From positions 438,284-502,283 of the forward strand of contig OZ246397.1 of the NCBI GenBank assembly GCA_965230945.1: a stretch of 64,000 bases of DNA, given 5' to 3'. The translations under genes were made by a program, and so were the position numbers. How positions within the stretch are numbered: position 1 is the first letter of the stretch; the number at the start of each line of letters is the position of its first letter. Source of the DNA: an uncultured Gammaproteobacteria bacterium (lineage in GTDB: Bacteria; Patescibacteriota; Microgenomatia; PFEM01; JAPLYW01). Positions 39,034 to 50,579 of the stretch are shown here, in pieces. A model generated the notes under the pieces. The model worked only from the letters and a program-made list of their open reading frames with translations, was not told the origin of the DNA and made no database searches.

Positions 39034-39055
39034 GCCCCGCTTGGCGGGGTTTTTT
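39034..39055 (+). terminator. Rho-independent terminator after mnmA
   Basis: GCCCCGCttggCGGGG followed by TTTTTT. Confidence 0.6.
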
Positions 39056-39076
39056 AGTCAGAAATTTAGTTGTTCT

Positions 39077-39104
39077 TTGACAATCAAGATGTAGTAGGAA
39101 TAAT

Positions 39105-39105
<1 letters not shown>
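39077..39105 (+). promoter_or_regulatory. Putative sigma70-type promoter for the 16S rRNA
   Basis: TTGACA (39077-39082), 16-nt spacer, AATAAT, ending at the mature 16S 5' end. Confidence 0.4.
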
Positions 39106-40559
<1,454 letters not shown>

Positions 40560-40694
40560 TGGAGAAAATTTTAAACACCCAAGGTTTCCAATTTTACTTG
40601 TAAAACTAAATTTGGGAATTCCTACTACATCTTGGTTGTTAAAAAAGACCCACTCTTAAGAGTGGGTCTTTCTATATCGAAGTATTTAAAAATA

Positions 40695-42872
40695 CTATCT
40701 TCTATATTGGTATTGTCTGTGTTTAGAGGCGTATTTGTAGGAATAGCGATCGTTGGATACTTTAATAACTTTGTCTCGATTTTGATTGAAGGACTTAGGT
40801 AGAGGTAGGGTATAGGCAAAAAAGGGTCGAGAAGTTAAGTTATCGACGGCGAGTTTGAGAACAATCTGGAAGTTGGAAAGACCTACTAAATTCTTCTGAG
40901 TAAAGATACTTCCAAATTCTTTTTCTAAGATATAGGCATCTTCAGCGCCGACGATAAAAGAGATTAAAGTGCCGGCGTTGCCAAAAATAGCTTTCTGAAC
41001 CGGTTCATCAATTTGGGCAATATATTGATTAGTCAGGCAAAGGTTTAATCGATATTTTCTAGCTTCAGATAAGATTTTAATAAAAGAGTCAGTAGCAAAG
41101 TTCTGAAATTCATCAACATACAAATAGAAATCTCTGCGCTTTTCTTCAGGCATATGGACTCTGCTCATAGCCGCTAGTTGCAATTTACTGATAATCATGG
41201 CTCCTAAAAGAGCCGCATTATCCTCACCTAATTTTCCCTGAGAGAGGTTGAGAATTAAAATTTTACCTTCATTCATAATTTTTTCAAAATCAACTGTTGA
41301 GTGCGGCTGACCAATAATATCTCTAATTGAGGTTGAGGAGACAAACTGACCAACTTTGTTTAAAATAGGGGCGATGGCTTCCTGTTGAAGGCGGTCAGGC
41401 ATTCTTTCAAATTCTTTAAGCCAGAAATTCCTTAAGACTGGATCATGGAGGTTTCCCACTATTCTTTGGCGAAATTTCTTATCAGTTAATATTCTGGGGA
41501 TGTCAACCAATGTACTTCCAGGAGTTTTAACCAAAGTAAGCAAGGTATTACGGAGGATATGTTCCAGCCTGGGACCCCAGGAAAAAGAATAAAGTTTATG
41601 GAAGATAGAGATAATACCTGAGGCAATTAGCTCTCCCTGGGAAGGGTCTTTAACCTCTAAGATATTAATAGAAAAAGGAAAGTCTTTATTAGACGGGTCG
41701 AGATAACAGACTTCGTTGATGCGATGAGAGGGAATGTAATTGAGAAGAATCTCAGAAAGATCACCATGAGGATCAATTACCGCCAATCCACGCTTTTTCT
41801 TCATGTCATCAATGGCCATATTAGCGATCAAAGTTGATTTACCAGTACCTGTCTTGCCGATAACATATATGTGGCGGCGACGATCTTTTTGTTTAATGCC
41901 GAAATTGGTTAGTCTGTTTTTGAATTCAGTTTTGGCAAAAAAATTGATTTCTTGCTTTTGTTCTTCAGTAAGATTAATAGCTGCTGGCAGATTTTCTGGA
42001 GCCTCAGTTAATACTTGTCTTCCCCAAGAAATATTAGGGATCTTGGTTTGATCACTGGGCAGGTGCCATAAGGTAGCTAATTCTGAAATGGTTAATACTT
42101 GGTATTTGGGAATAGATTCAGGCGATCTTTTAAATAAAGACTGAATAGATTTCTTTTTTCTTAAGATGGATGGTTTTTTAAAGCCAAGACTGTTGCCATC
42201 ACCTTTAGTAAAGATGTCTAAACTGCCGACAATAGATTTTAAAAGGCTAGGATTGGAGGCAGCTACTCTGATACCTACAATTAGCCCTTGTTCCTGGATT
42301 TTTTGTTTAATGGCCGCTTCTCCAGGTAGGGGACGACGTTCATTTTCACCAGCCTTAATACCTTCATCAATAGCCTTTTGGCCTTGTTTCTGCCAGCCAG
42401 AAGGGGCTTTTTGGATAATAAATTGGATGATGCTTTTATCTTCTTCATTTCCTTTTGACATGACTGCTAAAAGATTGCTTAAAGGGTCAACATCAACAAA
42501 CTCTTTAAGAGTTTTTAAAGGGTAAAAGAAGCTCTTTTCTAAAATTAATTGGCCAAAATAAATTTTTTCTGGATTCCAATCTTGTAAATAATTGGTAATT
42601 TTATTTAAGACCGCCAAAGGATAAGCAGCTAGGATTTGGCTTTCAAAATAGGGAAGCAAAGATTTATCTAGAACGACGCAAAAATGAATTTGTTGCTGTT
42701 CACAAACAATCTCTAAAGTCAAAGATTCTGGTTTTTTACCTCTTAATTGCTCAAAAAAGCTAGGTAAAGAAAGAATTTTGGTGAATCCAGAAAACAAAGT
42801 ATGGGCATTTTCTGGAGTATACTCATTTTCCCTAGGAACCTTTATTTCTAAGATAACTTTTTCTTCAGGCAT
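40695..42872 (-). CDS. FtsK/HerA/VirD4(TraD/TraG)-like P-loop ATPase, paralog of 2421-4748, no N-terminal TM
   Basis: Walker A HIYVIGKTGTGKST and Walker B LYVDEFQNFAT; collinear similarity to the first copy in both the N-terminal and ATPase regions. Lies between 16S and tRNA-Ile on the opposite strand. Confidence 0.6.
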   Translation of the reverse strand: MPEEKVILEIKVPRENEYTPENAHTLFSGFTKILSLPSFFEQLRGKKPESLTLEIVCEQQQIHFCVVLDKSLLPYFESQILAAYPLAVLNKITNYLQDWNPEKIYFGQLILEKSFFYPLKTLKEFVDVDPLSNLLAVMSKGNEEDKSIIQFIIQKAPSGWQKQGQKAIDEGIKAGENERRPLPGEAAIKQKIQEQGLIVGIRVAASNPSLLKSIVGSLDIFTKGDGNSLGFKKPSILRKKKSIQSLFKRSPESIPKYQVLTISELATLWHLPSDQTKIPNISWGRQVLTEAPENLPAAINLTEEQKQEINFFAKTEFKNRLTNFGIKQKDRRRHIYVIGKTGTGKSTLIANMAIDDMKKKRGLAVIDPHGDLSEILLNYIPSHRINEVCYLDPSNKDFPFSINILEVKDPSQGELIASGIISIFHKLYSFSWGPRLEHILRNTLLTLVKTPGSTLVDIPRILTDKKFRQRIVGNLHDPVLRNFWLKEFERMPDRLQQEAIAPILNKVGQFVSSTSIRDIIGQPHSTVDFEKIMNEGKILILNLSQGKLGEDNAALLGAMIISKLQLAAMSRVHMPEEKRRDFYLYVDEFQNFATDSFIKILSEARKYRLNLCLTNQYIAQIDEPVQKAIFGNAGTLISFIVGAEDAYILEKEFGSIFTQKNLVGLSNFQIVLKLAVDNLTSRPFFAYTLPLPKSFNQNRDKVIKVSNDRYSYKYASKHRQYQYRR

Positions 42873-43009
42873 ATTCTTCTACTAAACTAGTTTTTATTAT
42901 AGCAGATTTTCTATTAATATGAATAGTTTTAACTTCTGTCCTATATCTTAGGTCAGGGTTAGTTTTATGCTGTTATTTTACCTAAATTTATGTTAAAATT
43001 TCCTTGCTT

Positions 43010-43081
43010 TGGGTGGTTGGCTCAGCGGTAGAGCGCTTCTCTGATAAAGAAGAGGTCATAGGTTCGACTCCTATACCACCC
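43010..43081 (+). tRNA. tRNA-Ile (anticodon GAU)
   Basis: Acceptor gggtggt/accaccc; D-arm gctc-agcggta-gagc; anticodon loop cUGAUaa; T-arm atagg-TTCGACT-cctat. Confidence 0.8.
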
Positions 43082-43090
43082 ACTTGTTTA

Positions 43091-43119
43091 TTGACAGTTA
43101 GTTTAGTTTTTGTTAAAAT
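43091..43119 (+). promoter_or_regulatory. Near-consensus sigma70-type promoter inside the rRNA spacer (TTGACA-17-TAAAAT)
   Basis: TTGACA at 43091-43096, 17-nt spacer, TAAAAT at 43114-43119. Confidence 0.4.
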
Positions 43120-43230
43120 TGTTAACAGTAGTCAAGCTACTAAATTTATGAGAAGTCGTCAAACTAGATATTTTTCTTTACGAGACCTATTTTGTGGTGG
43201 AACTTGATTGACTTTTTAGTAATTTTAGGA

Positions 43231-43253
43231 AGCTGGCTCGGCCAGCTTTTTTA
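43231..43253 (+). terminator. Hairpin + T-run (terminator-like) directly upstream of tRNA-Ala
   Basis: AGCTGGCtcgGCCAGCT followed by TTTTTT. Confidence 0.35.
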
Positions 43254-43259
43254 GTTTAA

Positions 43260-43332
43260 GGGCTCATAGCTCAGTTGGAAGAGCATCCGCCTTGCACGCG
43301 GAAGGCCAGGAGTTCGAATCTCCTTGAGTCCA
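43260..43332 (+). tRNA. tRNA-Ala (anticodon UGC)
   Basis: Acceptor gggctca/tgagtcc with G3:U70; anticodon loop cUUGCac; T-arm aggag-TTCGAAT-ctcct. Confidence 0.8.
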
Positions 43333-44467
43333 CTTGCTCTTTGAAAAGTGGATAGAAAATCCGTCAGACGAAAGAAAACGGCGAAAAGCTACTTTTATTA
43401 AAGCAAGCAATGGATGTCTTGGCTGTTTAAGCCGATGAAGGACGTTGCCGTCAACGATAGCGTCGGGGAGGTGACAAGCAACCTTTGATCCGGCGGTTTC
43501 CGAATGGGGTAACCCAGCGCCTAGCGTTACATCTTGTTTTTCAAGATGGGGGAACCATCCGAACTGAAACATCTAAGTAGGATGAGGAAAAGAGAACAAT
43601 TGTTATTCTGTTAGTAGCGGTGAGCGAAAACGGAACAGCCTAAACCTTCTTTAGGAAGGGGTTGCGGGGCAAAAAACATAGGATTTGTTGAGGATAGAGG
43701 AATACTCCGGAATGGGTAGCCAGAGAAAGTGAAAGCCTTGTACTCGAAATCCAAAACAACCTTATTTTGTTCCCAAGTACCACGGAACACGTGTAATTCT
43801 GTGGGAAGCTACCAGGGACCACCTGGTAAGGCTAAATACTTAAACAGACCGATAGTGAACCAGTACCGTGAGGGAAAGATGAAAAGTCCCTGTAATAGGG
43901 AGTGAAATAGAACCTGAAATTGTTTGCTAACAAGCAGTCAGAGTCTTAATTTTTAAGATGATGACGTGCCTATTGAAGAATGAACCGGTGAGTATTCGTC
44001 TAATTGTCAGTTTAAGCTATTTTGTAGCGAAGGCGCAGGGAAACCGAGTCTGAATAGGGCGTAGGTCTTTGACCAGCGATTAGACGGATGACCCGAAACC
44101 GGGCGAGCTAACCATGAGCAGGGTGAAGCTTATCGAAAGATGAGTGGAGGCCCGCACCAGTGTCTGGTTCAAAAGGCTTGGATGACTTGTGGTTAGGGGT
44201 AATATGCTAATCGAGCCCGGAGATAGCTGGTTCTCCTCGAAATATATTTAGGTATAGCGGTGTTGTGCGTTTTGGTGGGGTAGAGCACTGAATGATGGCA
44301 GGACAGCAATGTCTTGTCATCAATCAAACTCCGAATACGCCAAAAAACATACACTAGTCAGTCTTGCCGGGCTAAGCTGGTGAGGCAAAAGGGAAACAAC
44401 CCAGACTCTCATCTAAGGTCTCTAAATCTTACTTAAGTGTTTAAAGGAGGTGAAGTTCCTAAAACAC

Positions 44468-44523
<56 letters not shown>

Positions 44524-45310
44524 ACAAGGGATTTTGCGCCGCAAATTCAGGAGGCTAAAGTAAGTACCGAAGATGGAGCTGCGTTTAACTTCGGTTAAAC
44601 GTGGGGTAGAGGAGCGTCGATATGGCAGTGAAGCCATTTTGTAAGGAATGGTGGAGTAGTATCGAGTGAGAATGCCGGTATGAGTAGCAAAATTCCAGTG
44701 AGAATCTGGAACGCCGAATGTCCAAGGTTTCCCACGTAATGTTTGTCAGCGTGGGGTTAGTCGACCCTAACCCGAGGCCGATTGGCGTAGGGGATGGATA
44801 GCAGGTTTATATTCCTGCACCTTAATTATTTCGTTATTAACTAGGGAGGGACGGGATTTGATAGATAAGGTGTCTTATTGATTTGACATTTAAACAACGA
44901 ATCAGTTCTAATAGGCAAATCCGTTAGAGCGACGATGAGTTGAATGAAAAGGCCAAAGGCAACGGCGGCCAATCTTATTGCGTTAAGTCTCCAAGAAAAG
45001 CTTCGTGGTGAGGAATAATTAGGATCGTACCGTAAACCGAAACAGGTGGACTGGACGAGTAGTCTAAGGCGGACGGGAGAAGAGAGTTTAAGGAACTCGG
45101 CAAAACAACTGGACGTAACATTTGGAGATGTCCTACCCTGTTTATCAGGGTCGCAGCGAAAGATTGCTTACCGACTGTTTAACTAAAACACAGGTCTCTG
45201 CAAAGGCGAAAGCCAAAGTATAGGGGCTGAGGCCTGCCCAGTGCCGGAAGGTTAAGAGGACCTCCTTTATGGAGAGAATTGAAGCCCCGGTAAACGGCAG
45301 CAGTAACTAT

Positions 45311-45580
45311 GAATAGATTGTAGTTGTAAAAGTCGACTATATGCTGGAACATCCGTACCGTCGTTAAAGAACACGAACGGTTGCAGTATCTGACGCTACC
45401 ATATTTTTATATGGTGACAATGCGATCAGTGCGGACAATCAGCAGGAAAGGCTTAGGTTTTTCTAAGAATCCTCAGAGACTATACGTCGACCTCTTAAAA
45501 TAGAAATTAAGAGATGATATAGTCCGACCTCATGGGCGACCATGAGACTCCGTATTCAATCGGAGCTTAGTAACAAAGTG
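45311..45580 (+). ncRNA. ORF-less group I intron in 23S (helix 69-71 region, near E. coli position 1917-1923)
   Basis: Splits GTAACTAT / AACTGTTCTACGGTAGCG. R element CCTCAGAGACTATACG and S element AGATGATATAGTCCGAC are present. The 5' exon ends in U and the intron ends in G. Confidence 0.6.
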
Positions 45581-46160
45581 AACTGTTCTACGGTAGCGAA
45601 ACTCCTTGTCGTGTAAGTTACGACCCGCATGAAAGGCGTAACGAGTAAGCAACTGTCTTAAACTCTTTCCCGGCGAAATTGAAATGGCTGTGAAGATGCG
45701 GCCTAATTACTGCAGGACAAAAAGACCCCGTGAAGCTTTACTACAACTTGGCACTGAAAAATATACATGAATTGTTTAGAATAGGTGGGAGTCTTCGGAC
45801 GTCAGTGAAATACCACTCGTTTGTTTATGTTTTTCTTACCAAGATATGCTGGAAACGCATATTGGGACAGTGTCTGGTGGGTAGTTTGACTGGGGCAGTC
45901 GCTTGCTCAAGAGTAACGCAAGCGTACAAAGGTCAGCTTAGCACGTATGGAAATCGTGCTGGACGTATAAAGGCAGAAGCTGGCTTGACTGTGAGACTGA
46001 CAGGTCGAGCAGGAACGAAAGTTGGTCTTAGTGATCCTCGAATCCGAAGTGGTTTCGGATCGAGCTTAACGAATAAAAGCTACTCCGGGGATAACAGGTT
46101 AGTCGCGCCCGAGAGTTCATATCGACGGCGCGGTTCGATACCTCGATGTCGGCTCAGCGT

Positions 46161-46192
<32 letters not shown>

Positions 46193-46299
46193 TCTGTTCG
46201 CCCATTAAAACGCTACGTGAGCTGGGTTCAGAACGTCGTAAGACAGTTCGGTCTCTATCCGCAGTAATCGTTGGATATTTGAGGGAATCTGACCACAGT

Positions 46300-47055
46300 A
46301 GGAAATGCTGCCTTGGTGAGTAATTACCAAGGTCACTCTTGCTAAAATTGGTGAAATCCTCTAAAATGATATCGTTGGTCCTTTTGATTTAGAGGACCAC
46401 ACCAAGGGAAGGTTAGAATTTTTCTCTATGACAGATCAAGAAAAAGCATATATAGCAGGATTTTTAGACGGGGATGGAAGTATTATGCTTCAATTAAAGC
46501 CTAGAAAATTAGTAAGTTATGGCTTTAGAGTAAAAACAACGCTTTGTTTCTACCAAGATACACGTCATAAAAAGGGTTTATCTTGGATTAGGGGTAAATT
46601 AGGTATAGGATATCTTTCTCAAAGGAAAGATAGGATTACCGAATTAAGAATTGAAGGTTATAAAGCTGTTAAATCAGTTTTGAATGAATTAGCCCCCTTT
46701 ATTATCTTTAAAAAGAAACAAGTCAAAATTATTCTAAAGGCAATTTTAATAATGGAAAATAACCCTAATCCTAAGGAATTTCTGAAAGTTTGTAAACTTT
46801 CAGATGATATTTCTGCTATTAATTATGCAACTGTACGAAAAAAATATAATTATGTTTTCGTACGTAAGAAGTTTATAGAGAAAGGTTTGATACCCCCTTA
46901 ACGACTGATCCTGATTCACTTTTGTGAAGAAGGAGAGATAGGAGTTACTTCTACTTTATTAGTAGAAAATCTATGGCTCTTATAATAAGGCAAGCCCCCA
47001 GTTTTTTCTGGGGTGAAGGTATAGTCTAACCCTTTAGTAATAAGGGAATAAGTTG
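46300..47055 (+). mobile_element. Intron (probably group I) in the 23S sarcin-ricin loop region, carrying a LAGLIDADG homing endonuclease gene
   Basis: Splits ...CACAGU / ACGAGAGGACC. The intron ends in G. An S-like element AGGTATAGTCTAA lies near the 3' end. Confidence 0.65.
46428..46901 (+). CDS. LAGLIDADG homing endonuclease (intron-encoded)
   Basis: YIAGFLDGDGS is a LAGLIDADG motif; 157 aa single-motif form; entirely inside the 23S intron. Confidence 0.8.
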   Translation: MTDQEKAYIAGFLDGDGSIMLQLKPRKLVSYGFRVKTTLCFYQDTRHKKGLSWIRGKLGIGYLSQRKDRITELRIEGYKAVKSVLNELAPFIIFKKKQVKIILKAILIMENNPNPKEFLKVCKLSDDISAINYATVRKKYNYVFVRKKFIEKGLIPP

Positions 47056-47363
47056 ACGAGAGGACCTGGTTGGAGGAATCCCTGGTGTGCCAGTTGTTCC
47101 TATCAAGGGCAACGCTGGGTAGCTACATTCCTTAAGGATAACCGCTGAAGGCATCTTAAGCGGGAAGCCTCACCCAAGATTAGATATCCTTTCTCCTTCG
47201 GGAGATGAAGATCGGTTGTAGACTACAACCTTTATAGACTGGAAGTGTAAGTAGAGTAATCTATTTAGCTAACCAGAACTAATGATCGAAGAAAGTAACT
47301 TTTTTGCCTTTTCTTTTGCCTAACGGTGATCTATCCACTTTTCAAGGAGCAAATTTGAAAATT

Positions 47364-47486
47364 TGCCTTGGTGATTTGAGCGTCGTCGAACTACTCTTTC
47401 CCATTCCGAACAGGATCGTAAAAGGCGACAGCGGGGACGATAGTTAACTCGCAAGGGTTTGCGAAAATACCTCATTGCCAGGGCAT
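47364..47486 (+). rRNA. rrf: 5S ribosomal RNA
   Basis: TTGCCTTGGTG...CCCATTCCGAACAGG...ATTGCCAGGGCAT matches the 5S termini and loop C. Confidence 0.7.
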
Positions 47487-47564
47487 TTTTGGTAAAATAT
47501 TATTGTCAAAAAGCACTTTTTGCTTTAGAATAGAAATAACAAAAGGAAAGAGAGGTAACTGTGA

Positions 47565-48740
47565 GTGGTCAAAAAGAACAAGAAAAAAACTTCTGTAAAA
47601 CCTAAAGAGTCTTTAAAAAAGGCTCCGGTAAGCGGTGCTTCTAAAAAACCCCAAACAATGGAAGATCTTCTTGAACAGAGTGGTTATCAGTTGCGTGGTT
47701 TTAAAAAAGGTGATGTTGTCGAAGGTATTATTACAGAAAAGACTAGAAAGAAGGTCTGGATTGATATTGGCGCTAAAACAGAGGGAATAATTCTTGATAA
47801 AGAAATTAAGACAGCCAGAGATTTTATTAACCAGCTTAAGATTGGTGATAAGGTAAAAGTTACCGTTTTTCAGCCGGAAAACGAGAACGGACAACCTCTT
47901 TTATCCTTTAGGAAAACCTTAGATGATTTTATTTGGTCAGAATTTGAAGAGAGCTTAAAAACGGGTAGTCCTATTAGGGTTAAGGGAGGAGAAGTTAATA
48001 GAGGAGGATTGGTGGTTGATGTCAAAGGTTTGTCTGGTTTCATTCCTTCTTCCTGTTTTAGTGCTAAATTGGCCGGCAAGATAAATGAGCTTGTTAACAG
48101 AAGCTTTGAGGCAAAATTAATTGAAGTTGATAGAAAGAAAAGCCGTTTGATTTTATCAGAAAAGGCAGTTTCTGAGTCGGATTTAATTAAAGAGCAAGAA
48201 GAAAAGTTGAATAAAATAAAAGTGGGAGATGCTTTTGAGGGAGAAGTAACGGGAGTTATGCCTTTTGGTTTATTTGTTAAGGTTAAAATTAAAGATGATA
48301 AAAAGAAGACAAAAAAAGATAGTATTTTCCTTGAAGGTTTAGTTCATATTTCTGAGATATCTTGGGAAAAGGTAGAAGATCCGAGTAAATTTTTTAAAGT
48401 AAAAGATAGGGTTAAAGTAAAAGTCTTAATTGTTGATAAAAAGAGCGGCAAGTTAAATCTTTCTATTAAACAATTAGAAAAAGACCCTTGGCAGGATATT
48501 GAAAAGAAATATCCGCTTGAAAGTAAAGCCAAAGGAGAGGTTATGCGTCTAGCTCCTTTTGGTATTTTTGTCAGCCTAGATAAAGGTATTGAAGGGTTGG
48601 TTCATATTTCTAAGGTTCCGGCAGAAAAAACAATGAAAGTTGGCGATAAAGTCGATTGCTTTGTTGAGTCAATTGATAAGGAGGCGAGAAAAATGAGCTT
48701 AGGTTTGGTTCTGAAGGGAAAGCCCGTTGGTTATAAATAA
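47565..48740 (+). CDS. rpsA: 30S ribosomal protein S1 (short, four S1 domains)
   Basis: GTG start 9 nt after an AGGAAAGAGAGG SD. Repeated S1 OB-fold units (GDVVEGII..., GDKVKVTVF..., GDAFEGEVTGV..., GEVMRLAPFGIFV). Confidence 0.7.
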   Translation: MVKKNKKKTSVKPKESLKKAPVSGASKKPQTMEDLLEQSGYQLRGFKKGDVVEGIITEKTRKKVWIDIGAKTEGIILDKEIKTARDFINQLKIGDKVKVTVFQPENENGQPLLSFRKTLDDFIWSEFEESLKTGSPIRVKGGEVNRGGLVVDVKGLSGFIPSSCFSAKLAGKINELVNRSFEAKLIEVDRKKSRLILSEKAVSESDLIKEQEEKLNKIKVGDAFEGEVTGVMPFGLFVKVKIKDDKKKTKKDSIFLEGLVHISEISWEKVEDPSKFFKVKDRVKVKVLIVDKKSGKLNLSIKQLEKDPWQDIEKKYPLESKAKGEVMRLAPFGIFVSLDKGIEGLVHISKVPAEKTMKVGDKVDCFVESIDKEARKMSLGLVLKGKPVGYK

Positions 48741-48748
48741 AAAAATTT

Positions 48749-50095
48749 ATGGCTAAGACAAGAACAGTTTTTGTTTGCCAGCAATGTGGGGCTGATACCA
48801 TTAAATGGTCGGGAAGATGTCCTAGCTGTGGGGAGTGGAATTCTTTAGTTGAGACAGTTATTCCTGATATTCATAAGGGAGCTTTTAGAGAAAAAGAAAA
48901 ACCAACCTTACAAAAACTTTCTCATATAAAAAGCATTAATCGAAGCAGGACTAAGACCGGTATTGGTGAGTTAGATCGTGTTTTGGGTGGCGGCATTGTT
49001 CCTGGATCTTTGGTTTTAGTAGCTGGTGAGCCAGGTATTGGCAAAAGTACCTTATTACTTCAATTGGCCTTTTCATTATCCTCTCAAAATTCTTCTCAAA
49101 AGAAAAACAAAGAGTTTAGTATTCTTTATATTTCTGGTGAGGAATCGCCTCAGCAGATTAAGCTAAGGGCAGAAAGATTAGGCATTAAAAAGGAAGATAA
49201 TTTACTTTTCTTGCCGTCAACAGATGTTGATCAGATAATTGGAGTTATCAATGACATTAATAACAAAGGTTTAGGTTTAGTAATTGTCGATTCTATCCAG
49301 ACTTTGGTAACCGAGGATTTATCAGGGAGTGCTGGTTCCATTGGTCAGGTAAGAGAATCTGCCTCACGCCTGCTTAAAACAGCTAAGATAACAGGTACGC
49401 CTATTTTTTTAGTTGGACATGTAACTAAAGAGGGGGCTGTAGCTGGACCCAAAATTTTAGAACACATGGTAGATACTGTTTTATCTCTTGAAGGGGAGAA
49501 GCTAGGTAGCTTTCGGCTTTTAAGAACTAATAAGAACCGTTTTGGAGCTACCGATGAGGTAGGGGTTTTTGAAATGACTGACAAGGGTATGATGGAAGTT
49601 GCTAATCCTTCAAGAATGTTTTTATCAAAAAGACAAAAAGGTGTTCCGGGATCAGTGGTGGTGCCTACCATAGAGGGGACAAGACCAGTTTTAGTAGAAA
49701 TTCAAGCCTTGGTAGTGCCGACACAGTTAGCTATGCCGCGCCGCTTTGCTTCAGGGATTGATAAAAATCGTTTACAGCTTATTGTGGCAGTTTTATCTAA
49801 AAGATTAAATTTACCCTTGGGGTCTTTTGATGTTTTTGTTAATGTGGCCGGAGGATTAAGGATTGAAGAGCCGGCTGCAGATTTGGGAGCGGCTTTGGCA
49901 ATCTTTACTTCTTTTAAGAATTTGTTTATTGGTCCTAAAACGGCTGTTTTTGGCGAGTTAGGCTTGCTGGGTGAGATAAGAGAGGTAGGTTATATAAAAC
50001 AGCGCCAAAAGGAGGCCAAAAGATTGGGTTTTACTAATCTCATTACTCCTGAAAAATATTCTTCTATTAATGAGGTTGTCGAGTCTTTAAAATAG
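48749..50095 (+). CDS. radA: DNA repair protein RadA/Sms
   Basis: N-terminal C4 zinc finger (CQQCG...CPSCG), Walker A GEPGIGKSTLLLQ, KNRFG motif, Lon-like C-terminal domain. Confidence 0.9.
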   Translation: MAKTRTVFVCQQCGADTIKWSGRCPSCGEWNSLVETVIPDIHKGAFREKEKPTLQKLSHIKSINRSRTKTGIGELDRVLGGGIVPGSLVLVAGEPGIGKSTLLLQLAFSLSSQNSSQKKNKEFSILYISGEESPQQIKLRAERLGIKKEDNLLFLPSTDVDQIIGVINDINNKGLGLVIVDSIQTLVTEDLSGSAGSIGQVRESASRLLKTAKITGTPIFLVGHVTKEGAVAGPKILEHMVDTVLSLEGEKLGSFRLLRTNKNRFGATDEVGVFEMTDKGMMEVANPSRMFLSKRQKGVPGSVVVPTIEGTRPVLVEIQALVVPTQLAMPRRFASGIDKNRLQLIVAVLSKRLNLPLGSFDVFVNVAGGLRIEEPAADLGAALAIFTSFKNLFIGPKTAVFGELGLLGEIREVGYIKQRQKEAKRLGFTNLITPEKYSSINEVVESLK

Positions 50096-50579
50096 AACCT
50101 CTTTTAGTTATCCACAAAACTTAATTTTTTGGGGAAAAGCTAATTTTTGAACCTAAAATAACAACTATTTTTATTATAGGATTAGTGGTTTTTCTTGATA
50201 ATTTTCCTATAGGATTGACAAAAGGAAAAAAATGTGGTAAAAAAACAAAGAGCATTATTATCGCTAGCAGACAGAGTCAACTACGAATAACAATGCTCTC
50301 TGTAGATCCGATCGTTAAATCAGGACAGGTGATCTAACAATCAATCTTGAAAATAACATAATTGTTAAATACTGTCAAGACCGTTAAATGGCATTTTGAG
50401 CTAGTTAGCTTTGAAGTGGAGGGTGATATGTAGGGCAGGCGTATCACCTTCCGCTTTAGGGCTAACAAAGGTTTTGCTAATAAAAATTAAGGGCTTGACA
50501 AAGAGTTTTGTTCCTGTTTTACTTGCTTAAGTAAGTAGTCCTCTTAAAATTTTCGATTTTTATGTTTCCTGATTAAATA

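Noticed and set aside
43004-43207. 67-aa ORF spanning tRNA-Ile and the spacer
   Set aside because: Overlaps the tRNA; the region is better explained as a non-coding spacer with promoter-like and terminator-like elements.
50096-50579. Candidate RNase P / SRP / tmRNA in the rho leader
   Set aside because: Conserved cores (GGAAAGUCC...ACAGAAA for RNase P, GGAAGC...AGCAGCCA for SRP) are absent, so it is reported only as a structured leader.
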